Source of the DNA: Acanthaster planci
Taxonomy: Eukaryota
Length of the DNA stretch: 64,000 nucleotides
Assembly: GCF_001949145.1 (NCBI RefSeq)
Contig: NW_019091361.1
Coordinates: 3,187,854 to 3,251,853 of the forward strand
Reading direction: 5' to 3'
Every line of letters begins with the position of its first letter. Positions within the stretch are counted from its first letter, which is position 1. The notes beneath the pieces were generated by a model. It had not been told where the DNA came from. It ran no database searches and saw only the letters and a program-made list of their open reading frames with translations. A program made the translations under genes and the position numbers. Shown one piece after another: positions 25,916 through 38,600 of this stretch.

Positions 25916-26106
25916 TATGGTATAAGAACTAACGCAGCATGCGCAAACTTACTAAGCAACATTGACAAAAATATAACATAAATTATAGAGAACTGATATT
26001 TTAGTTTGTCTTTATTCTGATCATGGTGCTACGCAGCTCTTTCATATTTTACTAAGCAAATTACATGGAAATCACTGAATAGACTATTTTTTGTGTATTG
26101 TTGCTA

Positions 26107-26561
26107 TGGGTGCAGTCCACCAATTCACGATAGGTGTCCCCACAATATCTTTCAAAAAAGGAGATTGTTGGGTCCACAAAATGGTGAGATTGTGTAAATC
26201 GTTGCCAGGATCAACTCCCTGATGGGTGTTTGAACTTTCATATGAGAGCAGAATGGCTAAAAACTACAACTGAAAAATGGTCCTAAGTGCCTGAGAAAGT
26301 TGAGCGTTGCCACTTGAAAATGGCTGCAATGAGACTTCGGAAACATCACTTTTCGGGGGTGATTTTGTTTTGTGGGAATAATTAAAAACGTAATTGGTTA
26401 ACCCACAAAATATTGAAAAGAAATTGAAAGATTGGGGACCAGAAATTAAATTAATTTGTATTTCAGAAATCTCAGTGATGTTGGTATGCATGTTATTGGG
26501 CCCCAAACGTTACTCCGTTTACACTGTTTTCAATGGGGCTTGAATTAGTGAACTGTACCCA
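26107..26561. mobile_element. Old MITE with ~21-bp imperfect TIRs
   Basis: TGGGTGCAGTCCACCAATTCA versus the reverse complement of TGAATTAGTGAACTGTACCCA (18/21 match); no clear TSD. Confidence 0.5.
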
Positions 26562-28094
26562 CTGTACCCTTAGTGTGTAAAGCTGCCAGATCGAGGCTGT
26601 GCATGCCGACGGCGGCACCGTGCATAGAGCGACTACCACGAGGCCCTAAGGCTGAGTGGAATATGGGTCACAGACGCACTAAAGTGTTCCATTCGCGCTC
26701 GTGCAATAGTTTAAGGGACCGAATTTACATTCGTGGTCTTCAGCTCAGCATATCAAGAAGAGAAACAGCAGATCAAAGGAAATAGGCCATTTACTGTATC
26801 CACTGAGTGTTCTAGGTCATGTGGCAACTAAATTGACGTATGGCCAGTCTGAATGTCAACACCAAAGTTCACTTTATACCGAGTTGACGCCGGTAGAAAG
26901 CCTCAATGCTTTTTTGAATTGAAATTCCGAATTGTAAACAATCACTTTGGGAGAATGGTTCCCAAAAATAGTTTGACCTACACTGCACACGGTGAACACA
27001 CAAGGGGCATATTCACCGTCCAGCGTGGATTCTGGGCCAACTCGCAGTCTACTGCTTCAGCAAGCCGATGTGTAAATGGTCCGTGTTCCAACTAAAGGAA
27101 TCAGGTACGGTATATTATTATGATGCTCTGTTTGAGCTTTCGGTTTGAAATGTTTTTCATGGGAGGGATAGAATTGCCAAAGAAGTGCGTTTGACTAGCT
27201 TCCACGGTGAGACCTTGACCCGATGGCTGTGTCTGCCGTATGCAAAGCACACGAAACTGTCGTGAATACTTCAGCCGCAAAGACTTGACTAGACGTAGTT
27301 GGAGCTATTCGAATGCACCTATGGCCCGGTTGTGTGATAGACGTTGCATTCAAGGCTCAAGGCCCACTGTATCCCTATTTACATAATTTGTTATAACAGC
27401 CTATTCCCGCATGATGACCTCTATTAAAAAAGGTGTGAACCTGTGAACTCTACTATGCTTGAGCGCATGGGAAGAAATGTGCTCGGGCACGTAGCTTTGA
27501 AGTCCAAAACGAAACTTGTTATAACTGAGCCGTGGTGTCACGACCCACAACAGCGAAGGGCTGGATTTTCCCATGTCTGATTTATTTGCTGCGCTGTTCA
27601 TGGCAAAAATACTCATGCACGACAACTGGGCCCGTTATTTCATCTCGCATGGACGACTTCTCTTGTAAAAGTGGCGTCCGGTCGCATGAGCTTTCAGTTG
27701 GCCTGTTTTTGTTAAAGGGTCAGAGGCTTTTACACAATAAATGCTGTGCTTTTCCCCTAACAATGGGTCACATTTTGCAGGTGTTCGTCTTTCAGGTCAG
27801 TTAGTTCAGAAGTTTTATTCCTCCATGATTAGTTCCATCATACAATCAAGATACGGGGCGGAGAGAACTCCCTCCGCCTTCGTGTTGGTCATTGTTTGAT
27901 CGGAATCTCAGGAATTCTTTACAGACTTCTAGGGGGGATGTGTAAGGTAACAATAGTCTAGAGTGTGTATAGGGATTGGATATGTGGGGGGTACCCATCG
28001 GCCCCATATCGTGCACGGTATCGTTAGTTGTGCCAGTAATATGGGCGTGAACGCGAAAGCAAGTTTGCCACGTCAGCCCTCCGAGTCATCATAT

Positions 28095-28470
28095 TCGCAA
28101 AAGTTAAACACATTTCAACGCAGGCAATTCTCTCTGCGAATGCTTCGTGACAACAGAGTCGCTTCGCTGAGGGATATCAACATCCTAAACAGACATCGAC
28201 ACCCAAGATAATAACAGCCATGTTGAAGAAGCTCCAATTGTCTTCTCCACTGGAGAAAGACGTAAAGAAGAAAGACGTAAATTGTTTACTTTACTTCTTT
28301 TGTGTAAGATCCTACATCAGATTGTTGCTTTCAACCCTGACCCCTATCTGACTCGGTTCCTTCACTCACAAGATCATAATTATCATCAAACAATATACCA
28401 ACAGGTACCAGCCCGAATCCAGCCCTATAGTTATTCTTTCTTCCCTGTCACCTGGTGGAATGTCCTCGCA
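28095..28470 (+). mobile_element. Decayed 3' end of a CR1/L2-clade LINE ORF2
   Basis: Frameshifted peptides QKLNTFQRR, AMLKKLQLSSPLE, LCKILHQIVAFNPDPYL and YSYSFFPVTWWNVL resemble the KLExVQRR, MLxxLxWxSLE, YKIxHxLV and SFFPRTIxxWNxLP motifs of these LINEs. Confidence 0.7.
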
Positions 28471-28831
28471 AGGAGCACCTATCATCACCCATCGAATGAG
28501 GTGTTTTACCCCCCCTCCCCTCCCGGCGGGGCCACTGCATAATTGCGGTCATTGTCGACCAGTGATGGCCACTCCACCTCTACAATCCTCCCGTCGCTCT
28601 CTTCACCCCTGTTCCCAGTTTCCAACAAGGTCCCAGAAACGTTTCCAGCTACGATGTCAGTGGAGTGCATGTTTCACATTCAAAAGCTCACAGATCATTA
28701 TGTTGCTGTCTCTTGGGTTTTTGTCTTTTCAGCAATCAGTTAGCAAGTGTCAGCTTTTCAGAAAACTCCTGTGGTTTGAAATCGCAGGTGACAATCAATC
28801 ATTAGAGACCGTCGAAGGTATTTCAAGCACC

Positions 28832-29516
28832 ATGACCATAACTTCAGTGATAGTCGGGACAGTCGTCACCCAAGTCGTTGGGGCGTTCTGGTACAATGTA
28901 TTCGCCGAGCCGTGGATGAGAGGTCTCGGAAAGAAAAGGGAGGACTTCAAGAACACGGACAGTTCTCCGTTCCTTCTGGCGTTCCTGGCCATGTTCGCTC
29001 TGTCAGCTTTCATGTCTGCAACGCTCAGGTATGACGTTACAGTTTACCACGGCTGATTCTTCTCTTAAACCGGTGCTGTGGTTTAGATCCTTAAAGACCA
29101 TCACAAGACAGCACAAGACCTCCAGTCTCAATTTAAGTCACGAGCTATTCAAATGAACTGCAGCAAAATATTCTTGTGTTCTTGTTTACCTTGTTATTAC
29201 TCGGGACTGTCTAATGAAACTTCGAGTTCTGATCTCAACCACAGCACTATTTTAAATATATTTGCAAGCAAGACTCCATCTACTGATCCTATTTTCAGAC
29301 TTTATTTTTTCTCCTTTCTCCTCGGCTAGGCCTTTCTTTGGAGTGGTGACTGTGGAGGAGGCCATCCACTTTGCTCTGCGCGTGTCGGTAGCGGGAGCCC
29401 TGCTGCAGATTCCTCACAGGAGCTTCCAGGGCACAGGCTGGTCTACCTATTTCGTGAATGTCGGTTATGACGCCGTCTGCTTGCTCATTATCTGTGTCAT
29501 AACTACAATGCTGTAG
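28832..29516 (+). CDS. DUF1761-like small multi-pass membrane protein, 127 aa, exons 28832-29028 and 29330-29516
   Basis: Kozak-like GCACCATG start and a phase-2 GT-AG intron at 29029-29329 give an open 384-nt CDS. The protein MTITSVIVGTVVTQVVGAFWYNVFAEPWMRGLG...SFQGTGWSTYFVNVGYDAVCLLIICVITTML has the GaxWY..F...Wm and F......f.in.GY motifs and about four hydrophobic segments typical of DUF1761. Confidence 0.8.
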
Positions 29517-30699
29517 GTAGACTAGACTTCTTACAGCGTTCATTTAGGCCTACTGTTTTTATGTTTAGAGGGTGAATACATGATGGCCAGTAACAGACCA
29601 TAATGACACGAAGTCAATTTCAACCAAGCGAGTGGGCCGATATACAACGAGCAAGCAATTTTAAACTTGGCTGAGAAAGAAACAAAGATAGACCTACAAA
29701 GGTTAGCCGTACCAAAAACCAAAGGATATGGAAGCTTTTGATAGGCAGACGGCCAGACTAGCAGATAAGACACAACAGAAGCGAATTCACAGGGAGAAAG
29801 GGGTTGGGGTATAGACTAATCCGATTAGACGCCATAACTGCGGTGGCACCGCACTCACACGCACATTCTTCAGCTTGACGCGCGCGTGCATATGGCAAAT
29901 CACGACACCCTGTTGGTCGAAAAGACGTGTAACGCGCGCGTTTCATCTGTCCACGAGTATTGTGCCACCGCAGAAATGATTTCTAATTCTGGTCGTCGAA
30001 TTACACTAAAAACCCCTGCTCTGACACGCACACAAAAGAGAATAAACAAATCTAAAACAATGATAGTATTACTGAAAAAAGATAATATCTTCTAAAGGGT
30101 TATTTTTCCTACATGCGTTACCTACGTGCCCGTCTGTCCGCAACAATTGGACTATAGGAAAAAATCTAAGGGACCTTCCCCTCCCCTCAAAAAATCGGAT
30201 CCACCCCTGGCAAATACACAAATAAATAAATAAATGATGTAATTGAAAATTTCCTTTCCAAGATTTAATGTAGGAATACATCTTAGCTGTAGGATATTTA
30301 GATACAGTTTATGTCGTGCAAGAATGGAATTTCTCATCAAATGCTAACATAATCTGTTCTCGTTAAATGACTTAAGGTTTGTTTGGTATTTGTATACGTT
30401 TTGAAAATTTGTTCGGTGGATACGTTATCGGTTCAGCTGTTTAAAAGTGTAACGTTATAATTGTTACTCGCATATTCGTACATTTTGAAGACCGCTCGAG
30501 GAGATCATGCAAGCCGTTGTCGCTCAGTGAATGTCAGTTTAGTTTGAGTGTAGGGTAGGCTAACAAAATAATCAAATAGTCACACCAGCGAACGCTTTTG
30601 AAGGTCTTGCTGAACCGGGCCAAAAATGCCCAAATGTAGACTATGAAAATGATTAAGAAATGCATAAAGATTTGCATCCAGTTGTGAATTTTGAACGAT

Positions 30700-32460
30700 G
30701 GCAGAAAGAAATGGCGCCAATGCAGAGAGGAACAGGCCGTGTTTCCACCGGCGTCGCCGTTCTTATCCTCCGGCTAGCCTTACAGAGCGACAAGTTGCAG
30801 AGGTTTCGAATGGCAATATCAACTTCCATATAACATACTCTCGCCTTATTGTAAATCCGACAAATTTGAAGGTGCACGCAGAACAAAATGCGTCTGGGAT
30901 ACAAAGCCTGGAGGAAAGCATTTGCCAATGAAATCAACAGACTTTCTTATCAAAACCAAGTTTCTGGTTGTCAAAGCGCTGCTGTATCCCACAAAACAGC
31001 CAAACTATGATCATGGAATGACAACGTGAATTCTGATCGTCTTGAAATAGCCTATAATAATCGGGTTGAGCGATGGTCTTGAAGCTGTAAGATCAAGAAG
31101 TGCGACCCTGCAGCAAAATGGCATTTGAAGAGAAAAGTACATTATCTCCACTGCCATGTATCATCCAGGGCAGGGTTATCCCCGCACATTAAAGGGTTCA
31201 GTCATGTGCTTCCGAATGGCACACGGTTCCTTTCTTCACACACTTTCATTTCTATTGAACCCATGGAGGAAAAGTGAGCCTGTAAGGTTTAAATACAATA
31301 ATGTGAATCATGTACTATGATGTAGATTCGATCTTCAGACCGTGAGATTTTCCTCGAATAACGCTCGCTCAACAAGATTCCATCTATTTCCTCGGGCAAG
31401 TGAATTAAGCCTTTATTAATGTTTGGGCGATACTGTCTGTTACTACAAGTCTATTTTGGTTGTTAGATTTTGCTCTCCACAAAGAAATGAATGCACTACT
31501 TGGTTCGGTATCGTGTGATTATTGCAGTCAACTCCTGAAGTAAGACCAGAAGCCGAAGTGGAGTTCGGAGAATGCAAACAGGATGGAAAATTTAGGGGCA
31601 AATTTGAGGCGCCGATAGAAACAAAATCGAAACGTTGAAAATGGAAGTAACAATATCAGTGACTGCGGTATAAAAATATTTCCCCACCGTCTATCATCTT
31701 CCTCTGGTCTTCGAAGCTTAGTTCTGTAATTTAACCTAAACACACACAAGAATCTACTTTGCAATGGCAAAACAACAAAGAGGCAATGCGCCTGGATGAC
31801 ATTTCAAAGGACTCGTTGTTGTCAATGCTAACATTTTTAAAAAGCCTGGCCTCTCAGTGTCTGCTAGTCTGAATTCCTATCGATTCTTGTTTGAATTGAA
31901 TGCCTCTCTCCTGTATTGCGACACGATTCCAGACAAGTTGACCTGCAAAACGATTATTGCACATGGGCTTCATTCAGCCAAGAGTACAATTCCGCTTCAA
32001 AGCATCACTCGGGAACAATCAGAGATGGAGAACTGGGGAGTGTAGGGCTACATGTACACATCACTACTAAACCAGTAGTGTTGTTTACCCGGGTTCTACC
32101 AAAGATCCATTCTTTTTAGATCTTTTTAAGACATGTATGAGGGTTTGCTTGATTCCTGTTTTCTCGTGAAAGTCAAACCAGGTTTAGAGCATGATTGTAT
32201 TTTCAAGAAAACGGGAAGCAATGCACTGAAATGAAAACAATGTCAAATCACTCAAATGTCTCCGGTGTGCACGTTAAATGCACTCCATGTATGGACTTTT
32301 TTGCGGTAGACGATGCACGGGGCATAAGGTGGAATTCAGCATTCAGGTTTCCATGCGCGACCTTTCGGTATGTCGTCTGGGGAGCTTTGTGCATCTGGAA
32401 GGTTTTCAAAGAAGGAAACCGTTCTTTCGGACAGTGGGCAAGTGCTTAAAATAGGTCTGT
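30700..32460. mobile_element. Fossil ISL2EU/Harbinger-like transposon: decayed THAP-DDE transposase (-) convergent with a decayed SWIM/YqaJ-type exonuclease gene (+)
   Basis: Minus strand, in the expected order: THAP-like VSFF..LP...RAW (~32350-32420), KPS, NNT..LV...SP, SISD......SGI (32029-31988), PGFLK (31849-31835), SRRIASL (31796-31776). Plus strand: GYK/SLE, FLVVK/CCIPQ, LEAVR, QQ/KWH and ISDCGIKIFP (~31655). Many stops and frameshifts. Confidence 0.5.
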
Positions 32461-32702
32461 GGGCAAGGCATCTCCTGAATCTTTTGTAAGGCGGGCAATA
32501 CCTGTGGGTAGTCTTGAGTGTGTTCTGTTCGTTTCCCCGTGACTCCAAAGCAATACTATCTGCGGGAGTGCCTATTATTGTGTAGCCCACAGGGTGCTTG
32601 AAGAAAGACTGAAAATTCTGGATATGAGGTAAACTGAGAGAAAGGTTAGGCCCTATCGGTCAGTGACAGATTCAAACAACTGTACAGGTGCGATTTTCTG
32701 TA

Positions 32703-32867
32703 GAGGGGCTGCATGGAGCGCCCTCACTAGAGGACAGGTCTCTGTTCCTTTGTGATATGCTTGAGTAGACCCTTCAGTACTTCATTGTCATTAAATCTAA
32801 ATAACAAAACCTGATTTTTGTCCCCTGTGAGGGCGCTGCATGGTGAGGGCGCTCCATGCAGTCCCTC
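32703..32867. mobile_element. MITE with ~25-bp TIRs, TA flanks
   Basis: TA-GAGGGGCTGCATGGAGCGCCCTCAC ... GTGAGGGCGCTCCATGCAGTCCCTC-TA (1 mismatch). Confidence 0.8.
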
Positions 32868-33336
32868 TATTAGATATGGCTGGAAAGATATTCAACCCCC
32901 CCCCCACACAATCTCGAATTCATGTTTAACTCTGACACGAAGATGAAGAACACAAAGTACCCTGTATACCCAATTGGCTGACTCCAGACCCCCCCCCGAA
33001 AAAAACAAAAATATACTTTTGCCTTATAACTGATAGCACCAGTTGGAATTAAGCAGCTGCTGATGAGAAACAATGTCCTGAACAAACTGGCCCTGTCCTT
33101 TGCAAAACAAACGCCATTTTATCTTCACTCTGACTGATTAGGCACTGTGTACTTTGTCGTGATAAATCGGGGCCTTGTGGGCAATGTTGGCAAGTGGACA
33201 CGCAGTCATTTCCCACCTATTGCAGAAGAGAATCAATTGTCGAGGCAAATTTGAATAGGAACTGTATATGCTTCAGCTGAACTCCTCTTGCCACCTTCCA
33301 CCATGAAGTATTACTCCGGTATGACGAGGGACACTA

Positions 33337-33597
33337 CAGGGTGTCCCAGAAAAAAAACAAACCATGAGGAAAGGGGTTAATGTGCCCAAACCATGAGATA
33401 TGATCATAATGTATAAGGATCTCCGAAAAGTACAAGCGGTATTCTTTCTAATGATACCTTGATGGTATCCCTCCTGTCATGCATGACTGAACACCATTGT
33501 CTTGAAAATGGGCCATCCAAACTCAGTTGTAACACTTAGGATAAACCAGTGAATGAGGTTTTCCTCTGTCACTGTTTTTTTTTTCTGGGACACCCTG
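33337..33597. mobile_element. Tc1/mariner-type MITE, 261 bp, TA TSD
   Basis: TA|CAGGGTGTCCCAGAAAAAAAA ... TTTTTTTTCTGGGACACCCTG|TA, perfect TIRs. Confidence 0.9.
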
Positions 33598-35401
33598 TAT
33601 TAGTCCAAACCTTGCTAGTGGTTGGCTTCATACGTATGATTGCATATATATCTCTAAATTTGCGTCAAGATGTTAAGGCCTAAGCGTTGTTGGACACCGA
33701 GGTCTTGGAAGCAGAAAGTGACAACTGAACGCGAGCAGTTCGCCCTGTGCGTGCGAGCAGGCTACATTGCCTGTGTTGGCCTTGTTGTCTGCCTTCGTTT
33801 CTTTGGTGCTCATGTAAATATGGGTTTGTATCTCTATGATATAAACAACTACTATCTTTCGATTTGTTGCACTATTCCTGTTCCAATAGCAACTCCTCGT
33901 TCAGCGCTAATGCGCTAACACAGGTGCGAAAGCATCACTGATTTCAGTATTTTCCGTGCACATGCCCCGTACACCATGGGGGGGGGGCGTTTCACGTCTT
34001 CCAAGCCTTCACCCTTTCCGGCGTTTAATTGGAATTGACTCCTAGGCTGTCTCCTTTTTTTTTCAAAGAAGGGTTGGAATTTTCAAGCTTAGTTATATTT
34101 TTGGCCAAGGCTTTCTTTGTAGTACTGACGGCAGCCCACTTCGGTAGTGGATTCCCTGCTACAGATTCCCCACGACTCTCTAGTCTATTTAGTTTACCTG
34201 CCACATAAACGGTTTGAGGAAAAGCTTCTTCAGAGTCCTTTAAGTCAGTTGTAAATTTCAAAATTGAATTGTATTTCTGATATCATACACGCTGCACAAT
34301 ATATACAAAAGGGCAATACTGAATAATATTACATACCTTAGAGCTCTTTCAACAAACAGAACTAAAAGTATGAAATATCAACACCGTATTCCATTGTAAA
34401 AAAAAACGTCCAAGCGACCACAGCTAATGTTAATCATGGTCCATGCCCTTCCCCAAAAGTAACAGCCCTGTCGGGATGAAACTGCTTCAACCGATGTTAT
34501 CTATTTCAAATATAAGTTGCAGATCTAAAAAGGGGGTGGGGAAGACATCCAGCACATGTTGGGCACACTCCTCCCCCTTTTGTAAATGCTGGATGCACCA
34601 TTGAATGTTGCAGCTACATAGCACAAGATTAGGCAAACAAGCAACACACTTTTTTTTTTAGCAAAAATATCCCAAGTTGCAATCTGAACCACTTGCTGGT
34701 GATAATATTTTGGCCGATAACTTTGACTTTCCAAGAAGACAAGGCAGGCCTATGAAGATGTTTTTCATGCGACGTAACATGACGGGCAAAGGCATTTCAG
34801 GAAGCACACCATATCCGTGGAGGTGCATGCATTTTCGAGTCCAGGTATTTCAGTTGGCAATTTCACGTACGTCAGAAAGATGAGAGACTTTAAAGGCGCA
34901 TGTTTTTGCACCCATAATGCGCCCATCTGAGTAAACTGAATGCTGACCGTCAAAAGTCACGTGACTGAAAATCCTGTATAGTGTCCAACTTTTGATATAC
35001 TGCCTAAAGCCACAAAAACTTATTTACAAGAATTATTTGAACAGTACATGTGTTTGTATAGGTCCTCCTGCAATCTGCAAAAACTTAAAGCCATGTTCAA
35101 GTTCATTGCATGGTCCACCTCGACAGACTTCTCAGAGTGTACCAACTTTACACACCTACTGTGGACCCATGAACAAAAGAGGTCCACATAATGTGGGTTG
35201 TACGAACCTTGTGTGGACTAAGGCAGGTCCACACAAGGTTCTGGCAAAACAGGTTTAAAGGTGTTTTAAGGTTGGGATTATCTGTGGCATAAGAAAGAGG
35301 AACAGTCAAGGAAAGCATAAAAGCTCTAGCTCAGCATATTGTTCCGAGTTTGAGAAAAATGAGTATTTTAACCATTTAACTACTTGTCCACAATTATAAA
35401 A

Positions 35402-35563
35402 GGTTCGTGACTTCATCATACAAGTAAATGTGCCAAGATTTGCAGCTCCCATTGGACGATCGCTGAAGTTGTGCATTAACTTCCGGTTCCATGGTTCCAT
35501 GTACATGGCGATCAATGCACGTAATTCTTCATACAGTGCATGTGCAGTGATGTCACACGAACC
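35402..35563. mobile_element. Short MITE downstream of the SLC35A4 stop; uninterrupted relative of the 50102 element
   Basis: GGTTCGTG...CACGAACC ends; the internal CCCATTGGACGATCGCTGAAGTTG...CATGGTTCCAT segment is shared with the 50102 element. Confidence 0.7.
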
Positions 35564-35610
35564 AGATACCGATGGGCAGATAGTTTTACATGACCTCTGG
35601 TGGGAAGTAA

Positions 35611-38600
35611 CTACACTGGAAAGAACTTTGTTAAATATGAAACACACGACTGTTTCTGGTAGTACAAGTGTAGGGCGAAGAGCACCATGACAAAGGCCAA
35701 CCAGAAGTTGGCCGTCGGTTGCAGGGCCAAGACCACCATCGAGAGGACAGCGTTGGCAATCATGGCGCAGGAGATAACAAACAGCCGTATGATATTACTG
35801 CCGTGTTTCATGACCACCGACATGATCAGTCCGATCACCGCCTGCAAAGGGCCCAAGGGAGGGGGAAGAGGGGAGGGAAGATGTGACAGACAAGACTTGA
35901 CAAGGTTTCAATCAGGTATGGTTGAAAGATTCCACATTTTCTGACCTGCTCAGTCACCCAAGCCACTTTTGAGTTTGAGTTTGTATTGGGGAGAGTAAAC
36001 CGAGTGCTTTGTTTTGATGTATCGTTCAGTGTGGCATCCTGACAAAAATGGATACTAGGAGGGTGAAAAATGTTGAGGATTCCTTCTGATTTTACATTTC
36101 GTAAGATTCTCTCGGGGCCATTAACCCCACAGTGGCCTTACTTCTGTCTCGTCATCACAGAGTTGGTCACATTTATGGGGGGCCGGGGGGAGCTGATAAT
36201 GGTTTGAGAGGTGCAGATACACAGCATGGTTTAATATGTGCTGTGAAAAAAACACGAGACAATTTTTATGGAGCTGTCGAGTTCACCAAGTCATATGCCA
36301 AGCAAGAGTCATAAAAGTACTAGTTTGTTAGAATAAATTATATGGAGTTTTTGGGCTAGCAAAGCAGTTTCATAATTGGCTTCCAAGTTGAGGATAATGG
36401 CAAAACTCAGGCTCCATTTAGGAGAGTCTGATTCCCCTGACGTAACAATTTATTGGTCTTGTAACCACAACTGCTTGAAAGTAGAACATGACGCAATACA
36501 AGAGGTATGATGTAATGCCTGGCTGCAGGCATTGGTCAAGCATGCCCAGTTCAGTTTTGCATGTGGAATGGCAGAAATGTGTGACTCATTAGCCTACAAC
36601 ATTGAATACATCATCCGACAGCTGGTTCCCTGACTCTAGCATCCAAGCTGGTGAGGGCTCTCTTGCTACCAAAGGGTTTTGCTGTACGGTATGACAAAGG
36701 CAGGGGGCTATGCTTCAGAAGCATGCTAGGAGACAGAAGTTATTTTTACTGTATCAAAATCTGGAAATGTTGACCTACAAAATTGAATGTACTGTCTCTA
36801 AAGTATGTAGAGGGATTCACACGGTATTTTAATATCCCCTACTATAAACACAAAGGAAATTAATTACCTGAGAGATAATTATGATGACTGTCCATAGTGA
36901 ATACCCATCAAAGAATTTCTTGGCTGCATGATCCGAATTCCAGGTTGAGGAATAAAATGCCAGCATGTTCAGGGAAACACCGTATAAATACAGCTGGATA
37001 TTCTGTAAATGTAAAGGCGTCTGAAAAAACCCAAAAATGACCCAAGACTTGGTGAGAGAGAAAACAGCTAACTTGGATGTTGCCTGTGACTGAATATATA
37101 AAGATCTTGGCTAAACTTGGAGAGCAATCTAAACGAAATCACACACACTAACACTACAATTCTTATTACCCGAGTGTCCTGTTTCACATGAACAGATAAA
37201 GGGTAAAACCTATTTAAGTCATTTGAGGGGTCAGTCTTTTCTGCCAATTTTCAATTTGTTTTGCCACCCAGAAACTTCTGTTATAGATCCATCAAAACTT
37301 TTATACCCAGCAGTGTGTTGCATTTAATCAAAAGCCTCACTATGGCTCATGCATTTCCTCTGGGTTGCTATGGTGCAGCTACGCATTACGTGTGGCTTCA
37401 TAACGCACGCGAGTTCTGACTGACCTGAGATTGCCTTTTGAGTATGTACTCGGTGTACACGCCTGCTGCGCCTGATATGGTACAGTACACCAGCATCAGC
37501 AGGATACCAGTCACTGTCAAGTAAGGTTTGTGGACGTCATGTTCAATCAACTCAGACTGTCTCACTTGAGCGCCACCATAACTAAAAAAAAAAAACTAAA
37601 AATTACAAAAACGAAAATCAAAAAAAAAAAATCATGATGCTCAAAGATAAGTTTTGTCAGACTGAAATGTAACTGCAGAAAGAAAAAGGTAATCAGAATT
37701 GCAAAATGCTTCCAAATAAAATTGGCAGTCTTTTTGAGAAAACTTGTCACTTTTCTACAGTAAACTTTTCCAAGTTTTCCCAATTTCTCCAAGTAACAAG
37801 TTAAGTTACTGACTTATTAACTGCACCCGCAGGTTTTTCTTTCCACCCTGCCTTCTAATTTTTTGGTCCAGTCTGCCCCTCACACCTACCACAACCCTCA
37901 CCTGGACATGCATCAATCTAACTTGGTAACTTCATTCATTGGTTCAGTTTCCTTTATGTGTAGCTCTGTGTGACCCATGTGCAAGGAATTTTTAAAAAGC
38001 CAAGCATGCATGCATGCAATTAGTTTGAAGGGTGTGGTCTTTGAGGAGGCTTTGCCCAGCTGAGTTGGTGGTACAGGATGTGGGCAGTTATCGGCATTGC
38101 ATGAGAAATGCTTAAAGCCTCACGTGAGCATCTGCGGCCAAGTACATGTAAGTGAACAAGTTTTTATAGTACAATTGAAAGAACTCTGTGCATGTTCTTG
38201 GCACACCAAGACTTAGAAAGACCATTAGCAGATGGTGTCCTGTTGCTTGGCTTGTCCGGAAACATGAGAACCCAGAAATGTGAATGTTTCATACATCTGA
38301 AGTGAAAATATGCAACACAAGACATTGGCCTTTCAGTTTAAACGACCCACTCAGGAATTTCAAACTGTTTAACATATTAAATAGAAATAAATGTTCTGTC
38401 TATCCATGCCTTTCACAATGTTTCATTGTGCAGAAATGTGTGCTACTCCAAGTTTACGCTACAAATTTGAATCACTTCGGAAAGAGCTCCATATGGGTAA
38501 TTCCAGAAATTTGGGGTCCATTTTTTAGCGTCCCTGTCACATCTGACGTATGACTTTGTAAGTTCAGAATACATTTTCTAATTTCCAAGAGTGATGAATT

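Noticed and set aside
28460..28831. 124-aa N-terminal extension of the DUF1761-like ORF
   Set aside because: It starts at the end of a LINE remnant and is not family-like. The ATG at 28832 has a good Kozak context and matches the family N-terminus.
29754..31871. 12-bp inverted repeat CAGACTAGCAGA as TIRs of a 2.1-kb element
   Set aside because: No TSD, a match this short is plausible by chance, and the right copy lies inside the decayed transposase.
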